NCBI GenBank assembly: GCA_963779755.1
Contig: CAVZZO010000003.1
Span: 928,001 to 992,000 of the forward strand
DNA from: an uncultured Gemmatimonadales bacterium
GTDB taxonomy: Bacteria; Gemmatimonadota; Gemmatimonadetes; Gemmatimonadales; GWC2-71-9
DNA length: 64,000 nt
Reading direction: 5' to 3'
In this document: in pieces, positions 1 to 10,588 of the stretch
Numbering within the stretch: position 1 is the stretch's first letter
Layout of the letters: each line of letters opens with the position of its first letter
The notes under the pieces: generated by a model
Database searches by the model: none
Told to the model about the DNA's origin: nothing
What the model saw: the letters and a program-made list of their open reading frames with translations, nothing else
Made by a program: the position numbers and the translations under genes

Positions 1-2
1 GG

Positions 3-958
<956 letters not shown>

Positions 959-959
<1 letters not shown>

Positions 960-1079
960 GGATCAGGAATCAGGAACGGAGGGATGAAGGCCCCTTCCCC
1001 TCCCTCACTGATCCCCGATTCCTGATCCCCGATTCCTGATTCCTGATTCCTGATTCCTGATTCCTGATTCCTGATTCCT
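959..1079. repeat. Heptamer array pair: short (CAGGAAT) left arm, unique core, 10 x (CTGATTC)-type right arm
   Basis: gggatcaggaatcaggaa at 959-976 is the reverse complement of the ctgattc/ccgattc/ctgatcc units at 1008-1079. Confidence 0.9.
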
Positions 1080-1099
1080 TGACCGGGAGTTCCGTTCTC

Positions 1100-2497
1100 G
1101 TGGCAACCCAATTCGACATCATCATCCTCGGCGGCGGCCCCGCCGGTTATACCTGCGCCATCCGCTCGGCCCAGCTGGGGCTCAGCACCGCGGTGGTGGA
1201 GAAAGACAAGCTGGGCGGGGTATGCGTCAACATCGGCTGCATTCCGACCAAGGCGCTGCTGCAGAGCGCGCTGATCGCCAACGCCATGGCGCATGAGGCG
1301 GCCGCATTCGGCGTCAACATCGGCGAGGTCAAGACCGACTACGGCGTCGCCATGAAGCGCAGCCGCAAGGTGGCGGAGCAGAATTCCAGGGGCGTCGAGT
1401 TCCTGATGAAAAAACACAAGATCACCGTGATCCGCGGCACCGGCACGCTTCAGCCGGGCCGCAAGGTCAAGGTGGGGAACGATATCTACGAGGCAACGAA
1501 GGGTCTGGTGATCGCCACGGGTTCGCGGGTCAAGGGCCTGCCCCAGGTCGGACTCGAGCTCAACGGCAAAACGGTCATCAGCTCGGACGAGGCGCTGTTT
1601 CTCGAGGCGGCGCCGAAGAGCCTGATCGTGGTGGGCGCCGGCGCGGTCGGCTGCGAATTTGCCGACGTCTTCAACGCCTTCGGCAGCCAGGTGGTGCTGA
1701 TCGAAGCGCTGCCGCGCATCCTCCCGCTGGAGGACGCCGAGGCGTCCGACGCGCTGGCGAAGAGTTACCGCAAACGGAAGATCGAGGTCCGGGCCGGCGC
1801 GAAGATCCTCAAGGCCACCGTGGACAAGGACAAGGTGACGCTCGAGGTGGAAACGGCCGGCAAGAAAGAGACGTTCACGGCCGAGAAGGTCCTGATGGCG
1901 GCGGGGCGGGCGGTCAATACCGAAAACATGGGCTTCAAGGAAGCGGGCGTCGAGCTTACCGACCGAGGCTTCGTGAAGGTCAACCGCGCTACGCTGGAAA
2001 CCACGGCGAAGGGCGTGTACTGCATCGGCGACGTCGCGGGGCCGCCCATGCTGGCCCACAAGGGGAGCCGCGAGGGCGTCAATGTGGCCGAGCTGCTGGC
2101 GGGGAAGACGCCGCACCCCATCACCTATGACAATATCCCCAGCGTCACCTACTGCCACCCCGAGGTGGCCAGCATCGGCATGACGGAAGAACAGGCGAAA
2201 GAGCAGAAGAAGGACTACCAGGCCGGCCATTTCCCCTTCAGCGCCAACGGCCGGGCGCGCACCGCCAACGAGACCGAGGGCTTCGTAAAGGTGCTGCGCG
2301 ACAAGAAATACGGAGAGATCCTGGGCGCGGTCATCGTCGGCAGCCATGCCTCCGAGATAATCCACGAGCTGGCCGTGGCCCGGGAGAACGAATACACGGT
2401 GGAAGAGGTGGATCTCACCGTCCACGCGCACCCCACGCTGTCCGAAGCGATCGCCGAGGCCTGCCTGGACAGCATGGGGAGGGCCCTGAACATCTAG
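1100..2497 (+). CDS. lpdA: Dihydrolipoyl dehydrogenase (E3)
   Basis: GGGPAG FAD motif, redox-active GGVCVNIGCIP, GAGAVG NAD motif, C-terminal HAHPTLSE; GTG start after GGGAG. Confidence 0.96.
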   Translation: MATQFDIIILGGGPAGYTCAIRSAQLGLSTAVVEKDKLGGVCVNIGCIPTKALLQSALIANAMAHEAAAFGVNIGEVKTDYGVAMKRSRKVAEQNSRGVEFLMKKHKITVIRGTGTLQPGRKVKVGNDIYEATKGLVIATGSRVKGLPQVGLELNGKTVISSDEALFLEAAPKSLIVVGAGAVGCEFADVFNAFGSQVVLIEALPRILPLEDAEASDALAKSYRKRKIEVRAGAKILKATVDKDKVTLEVETAGKKETFTAEKVLMAAGRAVNTENMGFKEAGVELTDRGFVKVNRATLETTAKGVYCIGDVAGPPMLAHKGSREGVNVAELLAGKTPHPITYDNIPSVTYCHPEVASIGMTEEQAKEQKKDYQAGHFPFSANGRARTANETEGFVKVLRDKKYGEILGAVIVGSHASEIIHELAVARENEYTVEEVDLTVHAHPTLSEAIAEACLDSMGRALNI

Positions 2498-2522
2498 GCC
2501 GCCGGCGGACCAGGATCACATC

Positions 2523-2576
2523 AGGCGTAAGGCGTGAGGGGTGTCGCGCCTTACGCCTTGCCTCTTACGCCTTACC
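2523..2576. repeat. Inverted heptamer (AGGCGTA / TACGCCT) element
   Basis: aggcgtaaggcgtgagg ... gccttacgcctt ... ttacgccttacc; a related element occurs at 52988-53050. Confidence 0.7.
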
Positions 2577-2584
2577 TTTCGCCC

Positions 2585-3022
2585 ATGTCCCACTCCCTGC
2601 CCCCCGCCCCCCCGGACTTCGTCCCCCTGGCCTTTGCCGGCACGGCGTTCGGCGTGGTGCTGGGGGCGGTCATCATGACGGCGTTTCTGCTGGTGAACCG
2701 TGCCCTGATTCACCCGGCGCCCGCCGGAAGCACCACCCCGGACCTGAACCAGCCCGCGGCGGTGGCGCTGTTCATCGCACCATTGGTGACGCTGCTCATT
2801 CCCGCCGTCGTCACCTGGAACCTGCTGGGCGCCATTCCCTCCACCTTCCGCCGGGGCGGGCTCTCGATGGTCGGGGCGTTCGGCGGGCTGCTGCTCTCGT
2901 TCGCCAACGTCCCGCTCAACCAGTTTGGGGGCATTCGGGGCATGATCGGTTTCCTCGTATTTCTGCTGGCGCTGCTCCTGCTGCTGGGACGGCGGCTGCA
3001 CCGGCTGCCGCTGCCCGGGTGA
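2585..3022 (+). CDS. Hypothetical membrane protein (about 4 TM)
   Basis: Hydrophobic segments; GTGA stop/start overlap with lipB. Confidence 0.7.
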   Translation: MSHSLPPAPPDFVPLAFAGTAFGVVLGAVIMTAFLLVNRALIHPAPAGSTTPDLNQPAAVALFIAPLVTLLIPAVVTWNLLGAIPSTFRRGGLSMVGAFGGLLLSFANVPLNQFGGIRGMIGFLVFLLALLLLLGRRLHRLPLPG

Positions 3023-3747
3023 CCGCACCACTGGGAGTTGTGGATCTGGGGCTCCGCCCCTACGGCGAGGTGCTCGAGCTGCAGCGCAGCCTCTGCCGGC
3101 GCCGGATTTCGGGCGACATCCGCCAGGACCTGCTGCTCCTGGTCGAGCACCCGCCGGTGGTGACCCTGGGCCGGGGAACCCGGCAGACCAGTCTGCCCCT
3201 GGCGCCCGAGGCCCTCCGGCAGCGGGGCCTCGAGGTGTTCGAGATCGAACGGGGCGGCGACGTTACCTGGCACGGGCCGGGACAACTGGTGGGCTACCCC
3301 ATTATCGATCTGAACCGGCACCGGCCGGACCTGCACTGGTACCTGCGGGAGCTGGAAGGCGCCCTCATCGACGCCCTGGCCACACTGGCCATTCCCGCAG
3401 GGCGTAACCCCGGCCTGACCGGCGTGTGGACGGGCGGCCGCAAGATCGCGAGCATTGGGATTCATGTGAAGCAGTGGGTTACTTACCACGGCTTCGCCCT
3501 CAACGTGGTCAACGCCCTGTCTCATTTCGACCTGATCGTGCCCTGCGGCATCCAGGGCGTCACCATGACCTCGGTGCGCCGGGAGCGTGGGGAGCGGGAT
3601 GACCCGGCAGACCTCTGGCGGCGGACCCGGGAGGCCGTGGTCACATGCATGGGCGCCCACTTCGACCGCCGGCCGGAGCAGGTGGCCGCCGCCACTTTCG
3701 AGCTCACGGGGACAGGACACCGGGGAACCGGATCGCCGGATTCCTGA
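3019..3747 (+). CDS. lipB: Lipoyl(octanoyl) transferase
   Basis: LLVEHPPVVTLG, RGGDVTWHGPGQLVGYPI, RKIASIG, HGFALNV, IVPCG motifs. Confidence 0.95.
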   Translation: MTAPLGVVDLGLRPYGEVLELQRSLCRRRISGDIRQDLLLLVEHPPVVTLGRGTRQTSLPLAPEALRQRGLEVFEIERGGDVTWHGPGQLVGYPIIDLNRHRPDLHWYLRELEGALIDALATLAIPAGRNPGLTGVWTGGRKIASIGIHVKQWVTYHGFALNVVNALSHFDLIVPCGIQGVTMTSVRRERGERDDPADLWRRTREAVVTCMGAHFDRRPEQVAAATFELTGTGHRGTGSPDS

Positions 3748-3792
3748 TTCCCCCTTTCCGTTTCCCCTGTCCCGTTCCCCCCAGGCCATGCC

Positions 3793-4422
3793 ATGCCCAC
3801 ACCCCTCGACGTCCGCCCCGCCGACCGCCCACGGCTGCCGCCCGGGCAAACCGAGACCCGCAAGTGGCCGGTGCTGCACTACGGCCAGGTGCCCCGCTTC
3901 GAGTCTGCAACATGGACCTTTGCCGTCTCCGGAGAAGTGGAACATCCCTTCACGCTGCGTTGGGAGGAGTTGCTGGCGCTGCCGCGGACGGAGGTGCGGT
4001 GCGACATCCACTGCGTGACCCGCTGGAGCCGGTTCGACAACCTGTTCAGCGGCATCGCGACCACGACCCTCGCGGAGCGGGCCGGCCTCACCCCGGAGGC
4101 GCGCTTCGCGCTGGTCCACGCCGAGCAGGGGTACAGCACCAATCTGCCGGTGCGCGACCTGCTGGCGCCGGGCTGCATGCTGGCCCTGCGGCACAACGGG
4201 GAGGACCTTACCCCGGAGCACGGCGGCCCGGTCCGGCTGCTGGTCCCCCATCTCTATCTCTGGAAAAGCGCCAAGTGGGTCCGCGGAATCGAATTCCTCC
4301 CCGAGGACTATCCCGGATTCTGGGAACAGAACGGCTACCACAAGCGGGGCGACCCCTGGGCGGAGGAGCGCTATGGGAGGCCGGACCCGGTGCGAATGCG
4401 GCGGGGCAACAGACGTGGATGA
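3793..4422 (+). CDS. Sulfite oxidase-like molybdopterin oxidoreductase (MsrP/YuiH-like, no signal peptide)
   Basis: RLPPGQ, DIHCVTRWS (Mo-ligand Cys), EHGGPVRL, WKSAKW, GFWEQNGYH. Confidence 0.88.
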   Translation: MPTPLDVRPADRPRLPPGQTETRKWPVLHYGQVPRFESATWTFAVSGEVEHPFTLRWEELLALPRTEVRCDIHCVTRWSRFDNLFSGIATTTLAERAGLTPEARFALVHAEQGYSTNLPVRDLLAPGCMLALRHNGEDLTPEHGGPVRLLVPHLYLWKSAKWVRGIEFLPEDYPGFWEQNGYHKRGDPWAEERYGRPDPVRMRRGNRRG

Positions 4423-4528
4423 TATGGGCTGAGCGGGCCGATCGGGGCGGAAGATTTCGACCTGCCTTGCCAATTTGGCCCGCTCTGCACCGCTTGTCTT
4501 TCCGACCCGATCTTGCGTTTTTCATTAC

Positions 4529-5104
4529 ATGTCAGAACGCAGACCGCCGGAGCCGCAGATCGAAGAACGGGTGGCAACGGTGCTCCGGGCGGCGGAGAGC
4601 TGGGCTCGGGAGGCGCCCGCGCCTCTGGCGGGGCCGGTGAGGGCGGTATGCATACGGCTGGCCGAAATGGTCGCCGACCAGCGGCACTACCTGGCGCCGC
4701 TGCCGGAGCCGCAGGACTCCGAACGCAAGGCCGTGCTGGCGGGGGTGGCCCACCGGCTCTCGTCCTCGCCCGTTATCGACCCGCTCCAGGCGGAATTCGC
4801 GGCCCTCAACGAAATGGAGCTCAAGTCCACCGGCTCCTGGGCCACCGTCCCCACCGCACAGACCGAATGGGTAGAGACCGCGGTTCACTACCTGGAGGAG
4901 TGCGCGCGACAACTCCCTGACAGTGGGCGTCCCGACGACTACTGGGCCGAAGACGTGGTGGCCGGGGTGATCGCATCGGTCCGGGCGCTCCTCGGCGTGG
5001 AAGAGCTGCACGCTCGCGCCGACGCGGTGAACCCCAACCAGCGCACCAGCGGGCAGGAACCGGCCGAGCCGGAAGAGCCGCCGGAGTGGGATGGAGAAGA
5101 GTAG
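4529..5104 (+). CDS. Hypothetical protein
   Basis: Open frame with GC3-rich codon usage and acidic C-terminus; no recognised motif. Confidence 0.65.
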   Translation: MSERRPPEPQIEERVATVLRAAESWAREAPAPLAGPVRAVCIRLAEMVADQRHYLAPLPEPQDSERKAVLAGVAHRLSSSPVIDPLQAEFAALNEMELKSTGSWATVPTAQTEWVETAVHYLEECARQLPDSGRPDDYWAEDVVAGVIASVRALLGVEELHARADAVNPNQRTSGQEPAEPEEPPEWDGEE

Positions 5105-5106
5105 AA

Positions 5107-5188
5107 AGGACTGAGGACTGAGGACTGAGGACTGAGGACTGAGGACTGAGGATTGAGGACTGAGCGAAGATACCCAGTCCCCGGTCCT
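5107..5188. repeat. (AGGACTG)x8 heptamer array with short inverted arm
   Basis: 8 units at 5107-5162 (one aggattg); cagtccccggtcct at 5175-5188; between convergent genes. Confidence 0.9.
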
Positions 5189-5199
5189 CTTTGGTTTGG

Positions 5200-6609
5200 T
5201 CAGACTTCCACTTCTTCTTCGGCCTCCCGGGCGGCTTTCGTTCCGGCGCCGTTCTCTCCCATCAGCTCGAAGAAGCGCCCGAAGACCTTGATACCGTCCC
5301 AGAGCTGATCCAGGTCGAGCTTCTCATTGGGTGAATGCAGCCGGTCGTCGGGCAGACCGATGCCGGTGACGATCACCGGGGCGCCCGCCACGCCCAGCTC
5401 GCCGACGATGGGAATGGACCCGCCGGCCCGGACCGGCACCGTTCCCCGTCCCACGACCTCCTTGAAGGCCTCGCTCAGCTGGTCGAAGACGGGATCGTCC
5501 ACATCCACCTGGGTCGGCTCGCCGCCGTGGACCAAACGCACCTCCACCTCGGCCCAACGTGGCGCCAGCTCGCGCACCGCCTTCTCCAGCTGCTTCGCGA
5601 CCTTTTCCATCTTCTGCCCCGGCACCAGCCGGAGACTGACCTTGGCGGTGGCCTGCGCCGGAATGACCGTCTTGGCGCCTTCGCCGGTGAAACCGCCGCG
5701 GATACCGTGGATCTCGAAGGTCGGCAGCGCCCAGGTCCGCTCGAAGATCGAATATTCCTTCATGCCGGTGAGCGCCTGGGCTCCCAACTCTTCCTCCATG
5801 TACTCCTTCTTGTTGAAGGGGAGTTTCTTCCAGGCCTTGAGCTCCGTCTTGCTGGGCTCCTTGACGGGTTTGTAGAGCCCCTTGATGTGGATCCGTCCCT
5901 TGTCGTCCTTGAGCTGGCTCAGGATCCGCACCAGCGTCTCCAGCGCATTCGGCGCCACGCCGCCGTAGGTGCCCGAGTGCAGGTCCTGCTTCAAGGTGCG
6001 GACCTGCACCTCGGCGTAGCAGATGCCGCGCAGGGCGGTGTACACGGCCGGCCAGCCGGGAGCGTAGTACCCGGCATCGCAGATGAGCACCGCGTCCACA
6101 TCGGCCCGCTCCGGCTCCTTCTTGAGCAGATCGAAGATCACCTGCCCGCCGCACTCCTCCTCGCCTTCGAAGATGAAGTGGACGTTGATGGGCGGGGTGC
6201 CGTCGGCGCTCAGGCTGGCCTCATAGGCCTTGAGCAGACAGTAGACCTGGCCCTTGTCGTCGGCCGACCCGCGGGCGAAGAGCTTGCCGTCGCGCACGGT
6301 CGCCTCGAACGGCGGCGACTCCCACTCGTCGAGGGGATCGGGAGGCTGCACGTCGTAGTGGCCGTAGATCAGCAGCGTGGGCTTGCCCGGCACTTCCGGC
6401 GATTCCGCCCAGATCGTGGGGTGGCCGCGTCCCTCCAGCAGGTTCACTACCGGGCAGCCCAGGGTGCGGAGCTGCTCCATGAGCCAGTCGGCGGCCTTGC
6501 GGACATCGGCGGTACGCTCGGGGAGGGTGCTGATGCTGGGAATGGCGAGGAAATCAGTGAGTTCCGAGAGCAGCCGGTCGCGCTCCCGCTCAACGAAGGT
6601 GGCGTCCAT
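5200..6609 (-). CDS. M20 family dipeptidase
   Basis: YGHYDVQP, ARGSADDKGQ, EGEEE, DLHSG, LHSPNE motifs; start may be 6615. Confidence 0.92.
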   Translation of the reverse strand: MDATFVERERDRLLSELTDFLAIPSISTLPERTADVRKAADWLMEQLRTLGCPVVNLLEGRGHPTIWAESPEVPGKPTLLIYGHYDVQPPDPLDEWESPPFEATVRDGKLFARGSADDKGQVYCLLKAYEASLSADGTPPINVHFIFEGEEECGGQVIFDLLKKEPERADVDAVLICDAGYYAPGWPAVYTALRGICYAEVQVRTLKQDLHSGTYGGVAPNALETLVRILSQLKDDKGRIHIKGLYKPVKEPSKTELKAWKKLPFNKKEYMEEELGAQALTGMKEYSIFERTWALPTFEIHGIRGGFTGEGAKTVIPAQATAKVSLRLVPGQKMEKVAKQLEKAVRELAPRWAEVEVRLVHGGEPTQVDVDDPVFDQLSEAFKEVVGRGTVPVRAGGSIPIVGELGVAGAPVIVTGIGLPDDRLHSPNEKLDLDQLWDGIKVFGRFFELMGENGAGTKAAREAEEEVEV

Positions 6610-6737
6610 GGGCATATCCCGTCGTGAAGGCATGCGCGCCGGAGGTGGCCCGCCCCGGAAACAGACAACCGGCCCCGGAGCTTGTCAATGCGGGATTCCC
6701 CTCTGGCGGACCCCGTACCGGGCGGTACATTCGCGGC

Positions 6738-6878
6738 ATGTTCACCATCGCCCCGTACCGCGCCTTCGGTGCCAGGCCGGAAGACCGTGAACAGCGCCCG
6801 GACCGGCTGCGGGCGTGGACGGAATATTTCGACCTGCTGTGCGCCGCCGGGCGCCGCCGGGCCGGGGGGCGGCGATGA
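6738..6878 (+). CDS. Possible 46-aa small protein, leaderless, coupled to macro-domain gene
   Basis: TACATT 6 nt before ATG; ATGA overlap with next gene. Confidence 0.4.
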   Translation: MFTIAPYRAFGARPEDREQRPDRLRAWTEYFDLLCAAGRRRAGGRR

Positions 6879-7396
6879 CCCTCGCCATCGAAGCGGTTCA
6901 GGGCGACATCACCCGCCAGGAGGTGGACGCGATCGTCAACGCGGCCAATACCAGCCTGCTGGGTGGCGGGGGGGTCGACGGCGCGATTCACCGGGCCGCG
7001 GGTCCGGGGCTGCTGGAGGAGTGCCGGACCCTGGACGGCTGCCCGACGGGGGAGGCGCGGATAACCGGCGGGTACCGGCTGCCCGCCCGCCATGTCATCC
7101 ATGCCGTGGGCCCCATCTGGCGCGGCGGCCGGCAGGGCGAGCCGGATCTCCTGCGGGGCTGCTACCGCCATGCCCTCCGGCTGGCCGCCGAGCGTGACCT
7201 CGCCTCGATCGCCTTTCCCTCCATCAGCACCGGCGTATACGGCTATCCCATCGAGCTGGCGGCACCCCTCGCGGTGCAGACCGTCAGGGATTGGCGGAAA
7301 GACCCGGGCAGCATCCGGCTGGTCCGGTTCGTCTGCTTCAGCGCCGCCGACCTGGCGGTCTACCAGGAAGTGCTGGACGCCTCCGGGCAAGCCTGA
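6875..7396 (+). CDS. Macro domain protein (O-acetyl-ADP-ribose deacetylase, YmdB-like)
   Basis: [46 protein letters not shown]. Confidence 0.93.
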   Translation: MTLAIEAVQGDITRQEVDAIVNAANTSLLGGGGVDGAIHRAAGPGLLEECRTLDGCPTGEARITGGYRLPARHVIHAVGPIWRGGRQGEPDLLRGCYRHALRLAAERDLASIAFPSISTGVYGYPIELAAPLAVQTVRDWRKDPGSIRLVRFVCFSAADLAVYQEVLDASGQA

Positions 7397-7511
7397 CCGA
7401 TACACAGATTGCGCTGATGACACGAATGGATTCCAGGGCCGGGCCGCGTTCCGATAGCGGCCCGGGGACCCACAGAAAACCGGAGCAGATTCTGCGTAAT
7501 CCGTGGATCGG
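7397..7511. repeat. MITE-like 115-bp element with about 22-bp imperfect terminal inverted repeats of 9-bp periodicity and an internal hairpin
   Basis: ccgatacacagattgcgctgat vs reverse complement of the right end ccgatccacggattacgcagaat; inner ccgggccgc...gcggcccgg. Confidence 0.65.
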
Positions 7512-7579
7512 CAACCTTCCGCGCCTCCAGGCTATCCAAGACGACTGCTGCCGATCAATCCCTGACTCCGGAGCTGACC

Positions 7580-8608
7580 ATGCGGATCGCCTCCTGCCTG
7601 CTGTTCGCCCTGCCCGTGATGCTGCCCGCGGCGGCCCGGGCACAAACCGAGCGACATGTCCTGCAAGGCGATCGCCCGATCGTCTATGACCTGGTGGGCG
7701 AGGTGCGGATCGAGAAAGGATCCGGCCCGGACGTGGTGGTTGAGCTCACCCGGGGAGGCGGCGGCGGCGCCCGGCTGCAGGTGGTCACCCCGGGGGGCCA
7801 CGAGCTGCGGGTGATCTTCCCGGACGATCAGATCGTCTATCCTCGCCTGCGCAACAGCAATGACGAAGTGCAGGTGCATGACGACGGCACCTTCGGCTCC
7901 GGATCCCGGGGTGGTCACCAGGTGCGCATCTCCGGCCACGGCAGCGGCGTCGAGGCCTGGGCGGACCTGCGGCTCCTGGTGCCCGCGGGCAAGCGGGTGG
8001 AGGTCCATCTGGGGGTGGGAAGGATGGTCGCGAGTGCCGTCACCGGCGACCTGCGGCTGGACGCCCTCTCGGGCGACATCTCGGTAGACGGCACGAGGGG
8101 CACCCTCAACGTTTCCACCGGCTCGGGGGATATCGAGGCCCGCTCCATCGAGGGGGATCTGACCCTGGACACCGGCTCCGGCGATATCCGGCTGGATGAG
8201 GGGCGGGGCGGCCGGCTCCGGCTGGACACCGGCTCCGGCGACATCCGCGGTAGCGGACTGGACTACCGGAACCAGTCGTTCGATACCGGCTCGGGCGATG
8301 TGACGCTGGCCGGCGTGGCGGCGGATGATGTGGATGTCGACAGCGGATCGGGCGACGTGGAGATTCGCTTCACCCGCGATCTCGCCAGTCTCCGGATCGA
8401 GACGGGCTCAGGCGATGTGACCCTGGACCTGCCGGCGACCGCCGGCGCGGCGCTGGATCTCCAGACCTCGAGCGGCGACCTGGACACCGAGCTGCCGATC
8501 ACCATTAGCCGGAAATCGGAGGATCACCTCGTCGGGACCATCGGCGACGGCCGGGGCCGGATCCGGGTGGAGACCAGCTCGGGGGACGTCAGGCTGAGGC
8601 GGGAATAA
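7580..8608 (+). CDS. DUF4097-type beta-strand repeat (putative adhesin) exported protein
   Basis: Signal peptide ending ARA; many (T/S)GSGD repeats at about 19-24 aa period. Confidence 0.85.
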   Translation: MRIASCLLFALPVMLPAAARAQTERHVLQGDRPIVYDLVGEVRIEKGSGPDVVVELTRGGGGGARLQVVTPGGHELRVIFPDDQIVYPRLRNSNDEVQVHDDGTFGSGSRGGHQVRISGHGSGVEAWADLRLLVPAGKRVEVHLGVGRMVASAVTGDLRLDALSGDISVDGTRGTLNVSTGSGDIEARSIEGDLTLDTGSGDIRLDEGRGGRLRLDTGSGDIRGSGLDYRNQSFDTGSGDVTLAGVAADDVDVDSGSGDVEIRFTRDLASLRIETGSGDVTLDLPATAGAALDLQTSSGDLDTELPITISRKSEDHLVGTIGDGRGRIRVETSSGDVRLRRE

Positions 8609-8612
8609 CCCC

Positions 8613-9698
8613 TCAGGGCCGTCCCGATTTCACACCCCGCTCCAGCGTCTGGTAGGCGCTGTCGCCTGCCACGCCTTCCATGAGCCGCCGCAGGGCCGCC
8701 ACGCTTTCCTCCACCGATCCGCCGTGTTGCTCGTACCAGTCCTGGAACAGGTCCAGCCGGGTGCGGTAGATCCGGGCGGCGATGAGACGCGCATTGTTGA
8801 TCGGCCGGTCGGGAAGCGGGCCGATCTGGTAGGTCCGCAAGCTCTGCCCCACCGGCCCCTCCAACTGCTCCCGCGCCCAGCGCGCGATCACCCGGCGGCC
8901 CGCGTCCACCGCGGCCGTGTCGGTCGTGCCGCGATAGAGCGAGTCGAGCCGCTCCGCCAGCTCGCGGTAGTAGCGGCTCAGGATGACTTCGTCGTGCCAC
9001 CGGTCGGCGGCGTATCGGGCGGTGGCCGAATCGCCCCGTGCGCGGAAGAACGTCTCCGCCCCGCGATAGCCCACCAGCTGCGCGAAGCTCTCGTTGAAAG
9101 GGGTGGCGCTCTTTACATAGAGCGTGTTGTGCCCGATCTCGTGCAGCACCAGCGCCGCCAGTTCCATGGAGTCGCGGGTGAGCGCGGTGGAAAGGAGCGG
9201 GTCGTTGAACCACCCCAGCGTGGAAAAGGCGCCGGAAGGCCGGAGGTAGACATCGTAGCCCTTCTGCTCCAGCCTGGCCGCTTCCCGGCGCGCCATGTCC
9301 TGGTCGAAGAACCCCTTGTAGGGGATACGGCCTACGATAGGGTACTTCCAGGTGTAGGGGCAGAGGCAGTTGCGCGGCGACGCCGAGAGTACCAGCAGCA
9401 GGGTGTCCCGGCGCACATCAGTGTATTGCGTATAGGTCTGCCCCGCGTCGAGCCCGATCCGGCCGGCGAAGTCCCGCGCGTCCAGCACCAGGCGCAGTTG
9501 GCGCCGCAGTGCCGGATCGGTGGCGCTGTCCGCGACCAGCTTCGCGATAGGTTCGCGGTGGGTGAGGATGTACGTCTCCTCGAAGCCGGCGCGGGTGAGA
9601 TAACGGACATCACTGCTGGCGAACCACGCGGTGGAGTAGCCGGCGATCAGCACACCCACCAGGACGATGAAGGTCATGGCAACCTTTCGCGTGTTCAT
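8613..9698 (-). CDS. Putative zinc aminopeptidase (DUF2265/PF10023-like)
   Basis: YKGFF, AFSTLGWFNDPL, HEIGH...FNESFA, INNARL motifs; N-terminal TM anchor. Confidence 0.85.
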   Translation of the reverse strand: MNTRKVAMTFIVLVGVLIAGYSTAWFASSDVRYLTRAGFEETYILTHREPIAKLVADSATDPALRRQLRLVLDARDFAGRIGLDAGQTYTQYTDVRRDTLLLVLSASPRNCLCPYTWKYPIVGRIPYKGFFDQDMARREAARLEQKGYDVYLRPSGAFSTLGWFNDPLLSTALTRDSMELAALVLHEIGHNTLYVKSATPFNESFAQLVGYRGAETFFRARGDSATARYAADRWHDEVILSRYYRELAERLDSLYRGTTDTAAVDAGRRVIARWAREQLEGPVGQSLRTYQIGPLPDRPINNARLIAARIYRTRLDLFQDWYEQHGGSVEESVAALRRLMEGVAGDSAYQTLERGVKSGRP

Positions 9699-10588
9699 GG
9701 CGACCAGCGGACGCCGACGCGGTGGATGGTCCCGCCGCCGCTCCTGGCCTGATAGGCATAGTCAATCCCCAGCCGGCCCAGCACGATCCCGCCCCCGAAG
9801 GCAACCTTGCGCTGGCCCGTGCCGGCCGGCTGGGCGCCGGTTCCCACCCGCGCCACCAGCCCCACACCGTGCAGCACCACTCCCGTCTCCAGCCCGAAGA
9901 CGGTGCGCCGGTCCTGGCCTTCGGTCCAGACGGTCTCGACGGTGCCCAGCAAACGGGCGGTCGTCTGCGGGTCCACAAAATTGAACGTGAATCCCAGGCG
10001 GGTGCGGGTGGGAAGCAGGATGGGCGTGCCGCCCAGGCGCCGCTGATTGAAGTCCTGCACACTCACCGCCAGCGCCATGATGTCGAAGACCGCGATGGTA
10101 AGCCCGGCATCGTTCGCCAGCGCGCGCGAGATGTGCCCGCTGCTGTCCTCCACCGAGACATACTTCTCGGTGGCGCCCAGCGCCACCAGGCCGACCCGGT
10201 ACACGGCGCTCCCGGCCCAGAGCAGGTTGTCCTTGAGCGGCGAGCCCTTGCGGCGGTAGCGCAGGTAGTCGTACCCCGCCCCCAGGTTGAAGGGCCCCAG
10301 CCGCACGGCGCCCGCGCCCACCGACTGCAGGGCATCGGGCAGGTAATGGAAGGCGCCTTCCACGCCGAGATACTTGATGGTGGCGAGGCCGCTCGGATTG
10401 GTGAACACCGAGCCCGCATCGCCCACCAGCGCAACCGCCGCGCCGCCCATTGCCGCCGAGCGTACCGAGGCCGGCAGGGCCAGCACCTGCGGCGGGGGGA
10501 GGATGGAGTCGGTCTGCGCCGACACCCGGCCCCGACCGGCCAGGAGGAGGAGGGCTGCCAGCCATGCGGCCTTCGGCGGCGGGGGCAC
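9695..10588 (-). CDS. Outer-membrane beta-barrel, PorV/FadL(UPF0164)-like
   Basis: Signal peptide; RSAAMGGAAVAL..D...VFTNPSGLA N-terminal motif; IDYAY...HRVGVRW C-terminus. Confidence 0.7.
   Translation of the reverse strand: MPPPPKAAWLAALLLLAGRGRVSAQTDSILPPPQVLALPASVRSAAMGGAAVALVGDAGSVFTNPSGLATIKYLGVEGAFHYLPDALQSVGAGAVRLGPFNLGAGYDYLRYRRKGSPLKDNLLWAGSAVYRVGLVALGATEKYVSVEDSSGHISRALANDAGLTIAVFDIMALAVSVQDFNQRRLGGTPILLPTRTRLGFTFNFVDPQTTARLLGTVETVWTEGQDRRTVFGLETGVVLHGVGLVARVGTGAQPAGTGQRKVAFGGGIVLGRLGIDYAYQARSGGGTIHRVGVRWSP

Noticed and set aside
6875..7396. Macro domain as part of a DarTG or other anti-phage system
   Set aside because: Ordinary YmdB-like sequence with no ADP-ribosyltransferase or defence neighbours.
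7580..8608. DNA-level repeat element (ACCGGCTCCGGCGA recurrences)
   Set aside because: Explained by the protein's TGSGD beta-solenoid repeats.
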